A stretch of 64,000 nucleotides of DNA from Chiloscyllium plagiosum (GCF_004010195.1 NC_057756.1:1278672-1342671), one strand, 5' to 3'. Counted from the stretch's first letter, positions 1 through 12,665 are shown. A program made the numbers and translations. Notes: generated by a model not told the origin, from the letters alone.

Positions 1-11
1 CCCCCCGCTAC

Positions 12-575
12 TTAGTTTAAACGTAGCTGTGTTGCAGTAGCAAACCTGCCTGCCAGAATGCTGGTCCCTAACCTATTAAGGTGCAAACCGTCTCTCTTGT
101 AGAATTTATGCTTACCACAAAATATACCCCAGTGATCCAAGAACTTAAATCCTTGCTTCCTGCACCAGTTCCCCAACCACATGTTCAAGTCCATTACCTC
201 CCTGTTTCTGGCCACACCAGCACGAGGAACTGGAAGCAAACCGGAGATAACCACCTTGGACGTCCTGCTTTTCAGCCTTCTTCCTAGTTCTCTGAAGTCC
301 CGCTGTAGTATGTTCCTCCTCTTCTTCCCGACATCATTTGTACCGACATGTATCACCACCTCTGGCTCTTCACCCTCATCCTTGAGGATTTCCTGCACTC
401 TGTCCACGATGTCTTTCAGGCAACACACCATCCTTAAATCCCGTCTGCTGCCACAAAAACCCCGGTCAGTTCCTCTCACGATGTAGTCCTCTATTATCAC
501 GGCTCTGTGCGATGTCCGACTCTTCCGCTCTACCTCTGCGCCAACTTTTGATTGACAGACCTGGCCGCCTTGCGA
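12..575 (-). mobile_element. CR1-type LINE ORF1 fragment (SGNH/GDSL esterase domain)
   Basis: ORF 12..500 has IIEDYIVRGTDR, VVIHVGTND and RDGLHLN, the esterase blocks typical of CR1 ORF1. The same motifs recur in ORF1 of the CR1 at 22570-27075. Confidence 0.9.
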
Positions 576-579
576 ACTG

Positions 580-1114
580 GCAGTGTTTTGGGCCCCTTAT
601 CTCAGGAAGGATGTACTGGCCCTGGAGTGTGTTCAGAGGAAGTTCACGAGAATGGTCCCTGGAATGAAAAGATAAACATATGGGGAATGTTTGAGGATTC
701 CTGGTTTATACTCAATGGAGTTCAGAAGGATGAGGGGGGATCTAATTGAAACATGTGGAATAGAGAAAGGCCTGGCCAGAATAGATGCGGAGAAGATATT
801 TTCATTGGTAAGAGAGACCAGGACCTGTGGGCATAGTCTTAGAGTAAAGGGAAGATCTTTTAGAACAGAGATAAGGAAAAATGTCTTCAGCTAGAGAGTA
901 GTGAATCTGTGAAATTCATTGGCACAGAAGGCTGTGGAGACCAGGACATTAAGAATTGAGATAGATAGGTTCTTGAGTATCAAGGGGATCAAAGGTAATG
1001 GGGAGAAAGCCACAGAATGGGTTTGAGAAACTTATCAGCTATGATTCAATGGCAGAGCAGACTCGATGTGAGTGGCCTAATTTTTATTCCTATGTCTTAT
1101 GGTCTTGTGGTCTT
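580..1114 (+). mobile_element. CR1 LINE 3' end (ORF2 C-terminus and tail)
   Basis: ORF 691..894 reads FRRMRGDLIE...GHSLRVKG...RKNVFS; the copy ends in a tcttatgg-type short-repeat tail near 1095-1114. Confidence 0.9.
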
Positions 1115-3158
1115 ATACATCAGAACAGCAGTCATACAGCAGATCCCAGTAAGTAATACAACCAGAACAGGAACAATGTATTAGATCCCATTAGGTTCCA
1201 CACCAAACACCAGAAAACTTAACATGCACCAGATTCCAGTACACCAAAGGCTGTACACAAAAACAGGAATCATCCAGTGGATCACAATACGTTTTATGAT
1301 CTACATCTGAATAGGAATAATCCAGGGGACCCTAGTTCATCACACGCTACATTCAGGACAGGGATCCTAGACTATTTCACAATATATGAGACGCTATTCA
1401 CCAGAATAGGAATCATGTAGCAGCTCCTAATACATTTTATGCTGTGCACTAGGGCAAGAATCATGCAGTAGATCTCACTATACCACAGGTTGCACACCAA
1501 GATAGAATTCATACAGCAGACAATAGTACATTACACAGTAACCACAGAACAGGAACCATGTAGCAGGTCTGAGTATGTTCAAGACTAATCAAGAGAACTG
1601 GAATCATACAGCAGCTTCCAGTAGACTAAACACTGCATGCCCGGGTGGGAAGCAAGCAGCCATTCCCTGTAAATATACATCAGAAAAGCAATCATAACGC
1701 AGAACCCAATAAATTATACAACACATACCAGAACAGGAATCATAAAACAGATAAGAGTACGTCACAGGCTATTCACAAGAGCAGGAGTCACACAGCAGAA
1801 CACAGTACATTGCATAATATATACCAGGGCAGCAATCGTAGAACAGATGCCAGTACATTATACACTATACATGAGGACAGGAATTATGCAGCAGTACTCA
1901 TTGCATTTCACACGATAGACCTGATCAGTATTCATAGAGAAGATCCCAGTGCAATGCACACTGAACACCTGAACAGGAATCATACAGCAGATCCCCATGT
2001 ATTACACACTGTACAGAAGAACTGGAATCATACAGTAAGTTAGACACTATACACCAGCGCTGGAAAAATACAGCAGATTGCAGTGTGGTACACATCATAC
2101 ACCAAACAGACAGCAAATCCCAGTACCATACTCTCTATCCACCTGTACAGAAATCACACAGCAGATCACAGTATAGCACTCACTTTACATCAGAACAGAA
2201 GTCATATAGCACTTTCCATATTATAACACACTATACACCAGAACAGGCATCATTCAACCTACCTAATTACATTACACACTTGACACCAGAATTAAAAGCA
2301 TACAGCATGTCCCAGTACACCACAGAACATGCACAAGAGCAGGAAACAGACAGCAGTCCTTACTATATTGTACACAAGGAAAGGAATCAAAATTCAGACC
2401 CCAGTACATTACACACTAGTCTACAGAGTCATAAAACAACCTCATGCCCATCATCAAGTCTACACAAGAACTGGAAACAGACAGCTGATCCTAACACTTC
2501 ATACACTAAAGGAATGATACTGCTGCTCCAAGTGCATATGAAATGCACACATTAGCAACAATAATATAACAGATCCCAGGATATTATTCACTATACACCT
2601 GGATTGGAATCACACAGTAGGTCCATGTATAATACACAACATGGAGCAGAACAGGAATCATACAGAGAGTTCCTGTTAGTGTGAAAGGCAAGGCAGGTAG
2701 TTGTATGCTGGATGATGAGAAGAATTGAGGTTCTGTTCAAGAAAAAGGAGGCATATGTCAGGTACAGACAGCAGGGATTAAGCGAGTTCCTAGAGGAGTA
2801 TAAGGGCAGTAGGAGAATACACAAGGGCGAAATCAAGAGGGCAAAAAGAGGACAAGAGAGAGGTTTGGCTAATAGAGTTAAGAAGAATCCCAAAAGATTC
2901 CATCAGTACAATAAGGGCAGAAGAGTAACTTGGGAAAGATAATAGTCCCTTAAAGATCAAAGTGGCCATCCATGTGTGGAACCAAGATGAAGTGAATGAG
3001 GTACTAAACAAATATTTTGTGTCAAAAGGATGCTCGAGGAAAGTTGGGAAATTTAGGAAATTAATGGTGATGTCTTTAATAGAGTTGATACTACAGAAAA
3101 GGAGGTGCTGCAGGTCTCAAAACACATAACGGTAAATAAATCTCCAGGACCTCATCAG

Positions 3159-3765
3159 GGTTTTGGATGTAGGTTTGCTCGCTGAGCTTGAAGGTTCATT
3201 TCCAGATGTTTTGTCACCCTGCTAGGTAACATCCTCAGTGGGCCTCAGACAATGCACTACTGAGAATTCTTGCTTTTCTATTTATATATTTGGGTTTCTT
3301 TGGGTTGGTGATGTCATTTTCTGTGGTGATGTTATTTCCTGTGGTGAAATCACTTCCTTTTCCTTTTTTCAGGGGGTGGTAGATGGGGTCTAACTCGATG
3401 TATTTGTTGATAGAGTTCTGGTTGGAATGCCATGCTCTTAGGAATTCTCGTGCATGTCTTTGTTTTGCTCGTCCTAGGATGGATGTGTTGTCCCAGTTGA
3501 AGTGATGTCCTTCCGCATATGTATGCAAGGATACTAGTGAGAGAGGGTCATGTCTTTTTGTGGCTAATTGGTGTTCATGTCTTCTGGTGGCTAGAAACCC
3601 ATACATATAAATAGAAAGCAGGAATTTTCAGCACTGCTTCACCTGAGGCCCACTGAAGATGTTACCTAGTAGGGTGATGAAACATCTGGAAATGAACCTT
3701 CAAGCTCAGCAAGCAAACCTACATCCAAAACCTCAACCTGAGCTACAAATCTTCTCAAAACACAC
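3159..3765 (-). mobile_element. Penelope-like element fragment: GIY-YIG endonuclease C-terminus with inverted terminal (pLTR) copy
   Basis: ORF 3235..3606 (LATRRHEHQLA...HHFNWDNTSIL...REFLRAWHS...SINK) resembles a PLE GIY-YIG C-terminus. About 3159-3297 and 3595-3733 are inverted copies. Imperfect TSD: cctcatcagggt 3150-3161 and cccgatcagggt 3765-3776. Confidence 0.85.
3650..3689 (+). ncRNA. Minimal hammerhead ribozyme motif in Penelope pLTR
   Basis: cca-CTGAAGA-t-gttacc(tagtag)ggtgat-GAAA-catc-tgg shows the CUGANGA and GAAA core, stem II, and cca/tgg stem I. Activity is untested. Confidence 0.65.
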
Positions 3766-4604
3766 CCGATCAGGGTGTTTTCCAGATCTGTGTGGGAAAC
3801 TAACATTTTAATTATAGGCAGAGGCTGAATACACTTTTCTCCCTGTAGGGTCAGAGGGTGAGGGGTGACCTTAATAAAATCATGAGGGGCATGGACAGAG
3901 TGAATAGTCAAGATCTTATTACTCGGGTGAAGGATTTCAAAACTAGAGGACATATGTTTAAGGTCAGAGGGGAATGATTTAAAAGGGACTTTTTCATGCA
4001 CGCATAGAATGAGCGGCCTAACAAAATGGTAGAAACAGTTAGAATTGCAACATGTAAAAGGCATCTGGATGAATCGATGATTAGATAAGGGTTAGGGTGA
4101 ATGGGCCAAATGCTAGCAAATGGGACTAAGTCAGACTGGGATTCTGGTCTCAGAGATGCGTTGGACCAAAAAGTCTGTTTCCGTGCTGTATGACTCTATA
4201 ACATTATAACAGGAAGTCCATAGCAGATCACGGGACATTGCACTCTATGACCAGAACAGGAATCATAACACCAGTCCTCAGTAGAATAAACAGAATGTAA
4301 ATCTCAAAGGAAATCCCAATACATTTCACATGAAACACGAGGACAGGAAACAAACTGTAGATCTCAGGACATTGTTCATGATAACAGAATAGGAATTATA
4401 TAGCAGTTCCCAGTACATTACTTATTAAACATCAGAACAGGATTCATACAGCAGATGCCAGCACATGACACATTGTATTCCATAATAGGAGTCATGCAGC
4501 AGATTCCAGTACATGACACGCTGTACATCAGAACCGGATTCATGCAGCAGTTCTCAGAATGTTATCCACTGTACACCAGTACAGGAATCATATTGCAGTA
4601 ACGT

Positions 4605-4751
4605 GGTATGATGGCTTAATGTACTGTTACCTCACAATGCCAAGGACCTGCGTTTGATTCTATTCTCGGTCAATTCTTTGCACGCCAGAGTTGGTCTCTG
4701 GACTCGATCAGCTGAATAACCTGCTTTCACATTGGGGGATTGTATGATTCA
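4605..4751 (+). mobile_element. Degraded, internally deleted tRNA-derived SINE
   Basis: Decayed A/B-box head (gatggcttaatg...cctcacaatgccaaggacctgcgtttgattc) and a ggggattgtatgattc tail, as in the SINE at 19726. Confidence 0.6.
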
Positions 4752-4852
4752 CTGATCCCAGTACATTTCTCACATAATATCAGAACAGGGATCACACAGT
4801 TTATCACAGTATATTATTCATGGTAGACCAGGACAGCAATCATAGACCAGAT

Positions 4853-5045
4853 TCTGGATCAGTGGTGCTGGAAGAGCACAGCAATTCAGGCAGCATCCGA
4901 AGACAGGCAAAATCGACGTTTCAGGCAAAAGCCCTTCATCAGGAATAAAGGCAGAGAGCCTGAAGTGTGGAGAGATAAGCTAGAGGAGGGTGGGGGTGGG
5001 GAGAGAGTGGCATAGAGTACAATAGGTCAGTGGGGAAGGAGATGA
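4853..5045 (-). mobile_element. Short Penelope-like pLTR insertion carrying a hammerhead motif
   Basis: TSD atagaccagat at 4842-4852 and 5046-5056. The minus strand at about 4908-4946 reads attc-CTGATGA-a-gggc-tttt-gcct-GAAA-cgtc. Confidence 0.85.
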
Positions 5046-5674
5046 ATAGACCAGATCCCAGTACACATTATACTCCAGAACAAGAATCATCCAGCATATC
5101 CCAGTATGTTACAATTTATACACCAGATCAAACAATGCAGAGCAGTCTCCAGTATGTTACACCATAGTAACGGGACAGCAACTACAGACCAGATCCCAGT
5201 ACATTACATACTAAACAGCAGAACAGGAATCATGGAGCAGATCCTAGTTCATTACTCAGTGTAGAACAAAATTTGAATTTTGCACATTTCCCAGTTCATT
5301 ACACTTCGTACAACAGAACAGGATGCATACAACACACAATAGTATGTCACACACTACACACCAGAGCAGGAATCAAGCAGCAACTCCCAGTATGTTACAA
5401 GCTATATACCCAGCACATTACACGCTGTACACTAGTACAGAAATCACTCACCCAGTATACTTCTCGCTATAGATCAGAACAGGAGAATACAGCAGTTTCC
5501 GCAATGTTGCACATCATACTCCAGAACAGAATGATACAGCAGATCCCATTCTATTACACACTATGCACCACAGTAATTGTACAGCATCACATCTCAACAC
5601 ATTACATCATCTCATGCATTAGACAGCAGATACACTACACACTGTTTATCAGAACAGGAATCTTACAAGATATA

Positions 5675-6150
5675 GAGCCATAGAGATAGACAATATAGAA
5701 AGAGACCCTTTGGTTAACCCGTCCATACCGACCAGATATTCTAAATGAATCTAGCCCCATTTGCCAGCAATTGGCCCATATCCCTCCAAACGCTTCCTAT
5801 TCATACATCCATTCAGATGCCGTTTAAATGTGGTAATTCTGCCAGCCTCCACCACTTTCTCTGGCAGCTCATTCCATACATGCACCACCTGCTGCATAAA
5901 AAAGTTGCCCTAGATTGCATTGAAATCTTTCCCCTCTCACCTTAACCTATACCCTCTAGTTCTGGACTCCCCACCCTGGGGAAAATACCTTGTCTATTTA
6001 ACATATGCATACCCCTCAGCCTCCAATACGCCAGGAAAAGCAGCCCTAGTCTATTCAACCTCTCCCTATAGCTCAAATCCTTCAACCCTGGCAACATCCA
6101 TGTAGATGTTTTCTGAATCCATTCAAATTTCACAACATCCTTCCTATAGC
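5675..6150 (-). mobile_element. CR1 LINE 3' end
   Basis: ORF 5942..6133 (MLPGLKDLSYRERLNRLGL) is CR1 ORF2 C-terminal sequence and matches the 3' end at 22570-23040. Confidence 0.9.
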
Positions 6151-7339
6151 ATGCCAGAAACCAAAACAGGAATCATACAGCAGATTCCAGTACACTGTCG
6201 GCTGTACACTAGGACAGGAATTGTGCAGCAACTTCCAATATATTATGGACCATATAGCAGAACAGGAGCCCAGTATGGTACAACATATTTACCAGAACAT
6301 AAATTGTACAGCAGATCCTAGTATGTCAGTCACTGTATAAGGGAATAGGAGTATTGGGTGGATCCCAATATGGCACTTACTCTATGCCAGAACAAGAATT
6401 CAACAATATTTTCCAGCACATTATACACTGTGCAGCAGAACAGGAATCATACAGCAAATCCCAGTGCATTACCTGTTATACACCACAACATGAATAATAA
6501 AGCAGATTCATTACATTACACACTGGCTACCAGAACAGGAATGGTACAGCAGTTCCAAGGACATAGCTTTATACACAAGAATCCCGGTACATTACACAAT
6601 ATACACCAGAAAACGATGACTATAGCAAATCCCAGTACATTATACACTGCACATCAGGAAGGATGAAGAAAAAGAAGATAACCTTTGTCAGGTAGAATGC
6701 ATTAAAAAGAGTAGAGGCTATTTAGTAGGTTCAAATATGTAGAGGGTTACTTACAAATGAAATTAGGAGGGTAAGGAGGGGCCATGAGATACATTTGGCA
6801 AAGAGGATTAAGGAAAAACCCAAGGCACTTTCAAAATATATGAACAGTAAATGCACTAACTATGAAGAATAGGGTCTATTAGAGACATCTGTGTAGGGTG
6901 CCTAGGACATGGATGAGGTCTTAAGTATATATTTCTCATTTGTATTCACAGAGGAGAATGACATTGTAGCCAGGGATTTCAGTTAGGATGGTTGTAGAAT
7001 ATGCCTAGGTTAGTAAGGCAGATGTATAGATACTTTAGCAGAGGTAAAGTTCATAAATCCTTAGGGCGTCATGAGATGTATCACAGGCTGCGATGGAGGA
7101 CATTTCTAGGATCCTGGTAGAGATGTTTTGTACTTTGCCAGCCACAGGTGAAATGGTAGATGATGGAGGGTAGCTGATGAGGTTCCTTTGTATGAGGAGG
7201 GCAGCAGGGATGGGCCAGGTCATTACAGACCAGTTAGCCTGATGTCAGTGCTGACGAAATTATTGGAAACAGTTCAGAAGAGCACATTTAATCAACACTT
7301 GGAAAACTAGGGATTGATCATGGATGGTCAGCACTGATT

Positions 7340-7656
7340 TCACAGAATACCTACAGTGTAGAAGCTGGCTATTTGGCTCATTGAATCAACACAGACTCTT
7401 TGAAGAGCATACCACTAATCTCTGTAACCCTAGATTACCTATGGTGAACCTCCCCAACCTACACAAGCTGAACACTATGGGCAATTTAGCATGACGAATC
7501 GAACTAACCTGCAAATCTTTGGACTGTGGGAGCAAACCCACACAGACACAGAGAGAATGCGCAATCTCCACACTCACGGTGCCCAAATGTGATATTGAAC
7601 CTGGATCCATGGCTGTGTGAGGTAGGTGGGTGAACTATTAAGCCACCATGCTGTCC
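7340..7656 (-). mobile_element. tRNA-derived SINE (V-SINE/HE1-like)
   Basis: Reverse complement has a head ggtggcttaatag...ccaggttcaatatc and the same core as the SINEs at 19726 and 34080. Confidence 0.8.
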
Positions 7657-7937
7657 AAGGAAGATCATTTCTGACTAATTTAGTTGAGTCTTTTGAAAAG
7701 GTGATTAATATATTGATGAGTGTGATGCAGTTTTTTGGTTGATATGGATTTCAGTAAAACCTTTGACAATGTCCCACATGGAAGGCTAATGTAAAATGTA
7801 TGAACCAAAGGCAACTCAGTAAACTTGTTACAAAATTGGCTTGCACATTGGACGATGGTGGTGTGTTGTTTAGTGTTTGGAAGTCTGTGACTAGGGTATA
7901 CCACAGATATTGATGCTGGGACCCTTGTGGTTGGTTA

Positions 7938-8027
7938 TGAAGAAGGGCTTATGCTCGAAACGTCGAATCTCCTGTTCCCTGGATGCTGCCTGACCTGCTG
8001 CACTTTTCCAGCAACACATTTTCAGCT
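7938..8027 (+). mobile_element. Penelope-like pLTR fragment with a 5'-clipped hammerhead motif
   Basis: tgaagaagggcttatgctcgaaacgtcgaatctcctgttccctggatgctgcctgacctgctg... belongs to the same family as the copy at 12200. Confidence 0.85.
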
Positions 8028-8337
8028 ATGTACATAAATACTTGGATGTAAATGCAGAAAGTATAATTCATAAGTTTGCAGATAGAAATTGGTGGTGTTT
8101 CTAATAATGAGAAAGTTAGTCTCAGGCTACAGTTTGATTTGATCAGCTGACAAATTTGGCAGAGCAATGGCAGATGGAAGCTCATTCTGATAATTGTGAG
8201 GTGATGCATTTTGAGAGATCTCAAAAGAAGGGACATACATGATGGATAGTAGGTTCCTAGGGAATGCTGAGGAAAAAAAGGCTTGTTGGTGTACAAGTCA
8301 GAGATTCCCAATGGTGTCAACACAGGTCTACAGGGCG

Positions 8338-8537
8338 AATTGAATTGAATTGAATTGAATTTATTGCCATGGGTACCGAGCCACAGTGAAAAGCTATGTT
8401 TTGCTAGCAACAAAGGCAGACCACATAATTAAGTAGCATAGATAAGTAAATGATAGGTAAACAATGAAAAAACAAAACAAAACACAGGTACAGGCAAATG
8501 CTCAGAGTTTGTGAGTCCATTCAGTATTCTAACAACA
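8338..8537 (-). mobile_element. 3' end of a different non-LTR retroelement with a (caatt)n tail
   Basis: The minus strand ends aataaattcaattcaattcaattcaatt. It is inserted within the CR1 at 6660-9170; family not determined. Confidence 0.6.
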
Positions 8538-10486
8538 AGTGGTGAAGAAGGCAAAATAGGGATGCTTGTCTTCATTAGACAGAATAGAATATAAGAGCTA
8601 AGAAGTCATGTTGCTATTTCATGAAAAGATCAGTTAAACCACAGATGTGTGCAGTTCTGGTCACCACACAATCGTAAGAACATGATCGAACAGGAGAGGG
8701 TGCAGATGAGATTCACCAAGAGTTTGCTTGGCTTGAAAGTCTCAATTATGAGAAGGGACTTGGATAGGGCTGTTTCCATGGACCAGAGGCAGCTGAGGGA
8801 GGATCTGATTGAGATATACAAATTATGAAATGCAGTAACAGGGTTGGTCAAGAGCATATTTTCCCCATGGTAGAAGCTCCTAAGACCAGAGGGCCCAAGT
8901 TTAGTGTGGCAAGTAATTAATTTAGATGAGAGAGAAAGATCTGTCATGCAGAAGGAGATAGAAATATAGAATGTGCTGCCTGAGTGGGTAGGGGAGGCAG
9001 GAACTTCCACAACATTTAATAAGCATTTGGATGAGTGCTTGAAATGCCAGCGCAGAGTCAGCTTTGAACCAATTACAGCTAGCTGCAACAAGTGCAGTTT
9101 TGTATTTGTTGGTTGGTATAGACATGGTGGTCCAAAGGGCCTGTTTTTATGCTGCATGATTCTATGACTCAGGAAGTCATGCAGCAGGGGTGCTTCACAC
9201 TATACACCAGTTCTGCAGGCCGCATTGTAGGAAGGAGTTTGATGAGGGTACAGAGGGTGCTGCCTGGATTAGAGTGTCTGAGCATAGATTCAATAGATCC
9301 CTGTACATAAGTCATTATGCATCAGAACAGGAATCATACAACAGATCTCGCTGTGTTACTTAACATATACCAGAACAACAATCCTCAAGCAAATTCCAGT
9401 CTGCTATTCACTAGACTGTAGTGGACAGTACAGGACTCACATAGCAGATCCCAGTACATTACACACTGTACACCAGATTAATAATTATTCACATGATCCC
9501 AATACATCTTACACTCTACATCTGAATGGAAATCATACACCAGGTCCCACATAATTTCACGCCTTACACCAGAACAGGGATCATCTAGTTGATACCATTA
9601 TATTACACACTATGCAGCAGAATAGGAATCACACAGCAGATCCCAGTACACCACAGACTTTGCCTCAGGAGACAGGATCATGTAACAGATCTGAGTAGAT
9701 GACACATTTAGCACCAGTACAGAGATCACACAATAGCTCCCAATATACTCTGTAATAAAAAAAAGTGTTGTATTGCAGACTCTGTGTGGTCACACTGTGC
9801 CACAGCTCATGCAGCAGGTCCCTGTTCATTACAAAATAAGGAACATGAAAATGAATAGACATCATGTACCAGAGCTGGAATCATGTAAGACGTCTCAGTA
9901 GATCAATCAATCATGCAACTGCCTTCAGTGAATCCCATGTGAAACAACCGATCAGATATCATTTTTTCAGAATTCAGTACATCACACACTAAACAACAGC
10001 CTATTACTTTCACAATAAACAATAGAAGATGAATTAGGTATCAGATCCCAGACAGGGCAGCAGAAGTGGAATGAAAAATTCTCCCCTGCTCAGACATTCT
10101 TGCCCTAAACATGGAAGGAGAAAATATTCAACAGGTCATAATGCATTGTATACTGACAGCTTGGATCAAGTCAAAACTCCCAGCATGTAACAAGCAAAAC
10201 ATAAGAACTGGAATCATATGGCTGTTCACATTCCAGCATACACAGAAAAAAGAACATAGTTTACAGAGCAAACTCAGTGTATCATGCCCTAAGCAGCACA
10301 TAGGGATCATACAGCAGGGCCCAGGACATCTCACACAATACAATAAATACAAGTGAGGTAGCAGACAGCAGGTCATAGTACATTACATACTGAACACACA
10401 AACAGAGAGCAGACAGCAAGGTCCATGCCAGACACCAGAACATGGATAAGACAGTAGGTCCCTGTCCATCACTCACTGAATATTGC

Positions 10487-11020
10487 ATAGAACATAGAAA
10501 GGTATAGCACAGGGATGGGCCCTCTTGCCCACGATGCTATGCCAAACATGCACCAAATTAAACTCATCCCTTATGCCTGTCCTTGGTCCATATCTTTCCA
10601 TTCCTTGCATATTCATGTGTTGGTCTTAAAGTTCTTTAAATGCTCCTATCATATCTGCCTACCGCACCACCCCAGAAAGTATTCCAAACACCTACCATTT
10701 TCTTTGTAAAAACTTCTCCCCTTACATCTCCTTTGAACTTTCCCCCTCTCACCTTGAATGCAAAAAGCCTTGCATTAGATATCTCAACTCTGGGAAAAAA
10801 GCTTCCAACTGTCAAAACTATTTATGCATCTCATAGTTTTATAGAGTTCTATCAAGTCTCCTCTCAGCCACTGTCCAGACAAAATAACCCTCGTTGTTTC
10901 TATCCTCTCCTTATAGCTCAGGCACTCTAATCCAGGCAACACCCTAGTAGACCTCTTCTGCACCCTCACCAAAACCTTCACATTCTTCCGACAATGTGGC
11001 TTCCAGAACTGAACACAATT
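10487..11020 (-). mobile_element. CR1 LINE 3' end
   Basis: ORF 10784..10981 reads RVQKRSTRVLPGLECLSYKER...LRGDLIELYK; tail catagaacatagaa on the plus strand. Confidence 0.85.
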
Positions 11021-11374
11021 AGTTCAGGCATAATACAGAATTTCTCAGTAGTTGACACTCTAAATTCCAGATCAATAGTCTTGCAGCAGGTGCAATAAAA
11101 TAACAAACTAAATTCCAGAATAGAGATCACACAAACTAATAATACTGCAAGTCTCAATACATCACACACATGAGGACCAGGCATGGGAAAATGCGACTGG
11201 TCTCAGTAGATCAGACAGTTCATATCAGAAGATTCAGCAAATGCAGGACAAAGTTCATTATATGCTGACAACCAAGCCAAGATCCTGTATTCATTATTAA
11301 TCACTTCACCAACTGTTGAATAAGACAACTATGAAAGGATATAACATTTTGGACTTGGCAGGAGTTAATTAGTG

Positions 11375-11474
11375 CTGATAATGTGTTGCTGGAAAAACGC
11401 AGCAGGTCAGGCAGCATCCAAGGAGCAGGAGAATCGACGTTTCGGGCATGAGCTCTTCTTCAGGGATGAGGAAA
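11375..11474 (-). mobile_element. Short Penelope-like pLTR insertion with hammerhead motif
   Basis: Perfect 15-bp TSD aggagttaattagtg at 11360-11374 and 11475-11489. Minus strand reads CTGAAGA-a-gagc-tcat-gccc-GAAA-cgtc. Confidence 0.85.
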
Positions 11475-12059
11475 AGGAGTTAATTAGTGTGTGCTTGAGT
11501 GTTCTTTTGTTGCAGTAGCTTTTACAAATGCTAAAATCAATGGAGAAAAGAGTAATGTCAACCTACTCTTGCCCAGGTGTCTTACAAGAGAAAGTCGTGT
11601 ATCTCACCTGCAATGTAAATCAATATTATATACAGTAGTACAAAAACAACCTTGATTTTCCATTCAGATTGAATCTTTCTTCTGCTGAATTGTTGTAGGG
11701 GTCATTCTTCACCAGATGTTATCAATAATTTCACTCTTGTTCTTTTGGGAAGGAAACTGCCTTCCTTACCTGGGCCAGCCTACATATATCTCCCGACCCA
11801 CAGAAATGTGTTTGACTTGAACTGCTCGCTGGGCAATTAGAAACGGGCAAAAAAATGCTGGCCTAGCCAATGGCACCTTGGTTGGTTTGCCAATAAACAG
11901 TTCTTCAGAGATTATGTATCTCCAGTTTAATCTCTGTAAAACCAATTGAAGAGTCTGAATTCATTTGCTTCTCTCAGAAATCTCTTTCACTTAAGCCCCT
12001 GAATAGGATAACGCGTGGCTTCGAGGGGAACTTCATATGATGGGGCCTCTATTAAACGC

Positions 12060-12665
12060 CAACATTGTCCTTCAAGATGGTATAGCTTGTGGGTTTGGAA
12101 GGTTCCCTTGAGGGAGCCTTAATGAGTTATTACTTTCATATTATAGACATAATGGGTGTCAGTGATGGAGGGAGTCAATGTTGAAGTTGTGGATAGTTTC
12201 CAAGGAGCAGTAATTCCTGAAGAAGGGCTTATGCCCGAAACATCGATTCTCCTGCTCCTTGGATGCTGCCTGACCTGCTGCGCTTTTCCAGCAACACATT
12301 TTCAGCCCTGATCTCCAGCATCTGCAGTCCTCACTTTCTCCTTGTGGATAGTTTGCCAATCAAGTGGACTGCTTTGTTCTGGATCATATCAAGTTACATG
12401 AGTGTATATGGAGCTTCATTCTTCCAGACATTTCATCACTCTCCTGACTGGTACCTTGTAAATGGTGAACGGGCTTTCAGGAGTCAGTAAGCTACTCCAC
12501 AGAAAGCTGTGCTACTCATCTGCTCTTGTAGCCAAAGTTTTCAGAGGGCCGTCCAGTTCTGTTTCTGATCAATGGGACTTCTGAGGTGTTGGCAATGGGG
12601 CATTCAGCGATGGCGCTGCTAATGAAAGCGAAAGTGATAGGATTTCAATTCTGTCTTGTTCCTGG
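12060..12665 (-). mobile_element. Decayed LINE fragment (second CR1/L2-type family)
   Basis: Shares motifs (gtgggtttggaagg, gctttgttctggat, ctgctcttgtagcc) with the element at 42855-44890. Confidence 0.65.
12200..12341 (+). mobile_element. Short Penelope-like pLTR insertion with hammerhead motif
   Basis: TSD ttgtggatagttt at 12187-12199 and 12342-12354. Positions 12213-12248 read attc-CTGAAGA-a-gggc-ttat-gccc-GAAA-catc. Confidence 0.85.

Larger units (their letters stand above)
2675..4200 (+). mobile_element. CR1 ORF2 fragment plus 3' end, split by a Penelope-like insertion
   Basis: ORF 2712..2942 (EIKRAKRGQERGLANRVKKNPKRF) is CR1 ORF2 linker sequence. The element resumes after 3776 and ends in tatgactctat at about 4189-4199. 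Confidence 0.85.
6660..9170 (+). mobile_element. Old, decayed CR1 ORF2 with three nested insertions
   Basis: Recognisable RT remnants include gatatggatttcagtaaaacctttgacaatgtcccacatgg (DFSKTFD..PHG) and aagtttgcagat; tail atgattctatgactc at about 9156-9170. Confidence 0.8.
1115..11290 (+). repeat. Degenerate 48-bp tandem array, interrupted by retroelement insertions
   Basis: Consensus read by eye: accagaacaggaatcatacagcagatcccagtacattacacactatac. Approximate segments are 1115-2672, 4200-4600, 4752-4852, 5046-5672, 6152-6660, 9170-9215, 9290-10486 and 11020-11290. ORF 1645..2043 shows the matching 16-aa period. Confidence 0.9.

Noticed and set aside
12..500. Host SGNH/GDSL lipase gene
   Set aside because: The same esterase motifs occur as ORF1 of the CR1 copies at 25650-26060 and about 30370-30880, so this is retrotransposon ORF1.
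1115..11290. CRISPR-like array, or protein-coding ORFs (e.g. 1645..2043, 2085..2555, 5273..5683, 6358..6666) in the periodic region
   Set aside because: Units are contiguous and degenerate, with no constant repeat plus unique spacer and no cas genes. ORFs occur in all frames because the consensus lacks stops.
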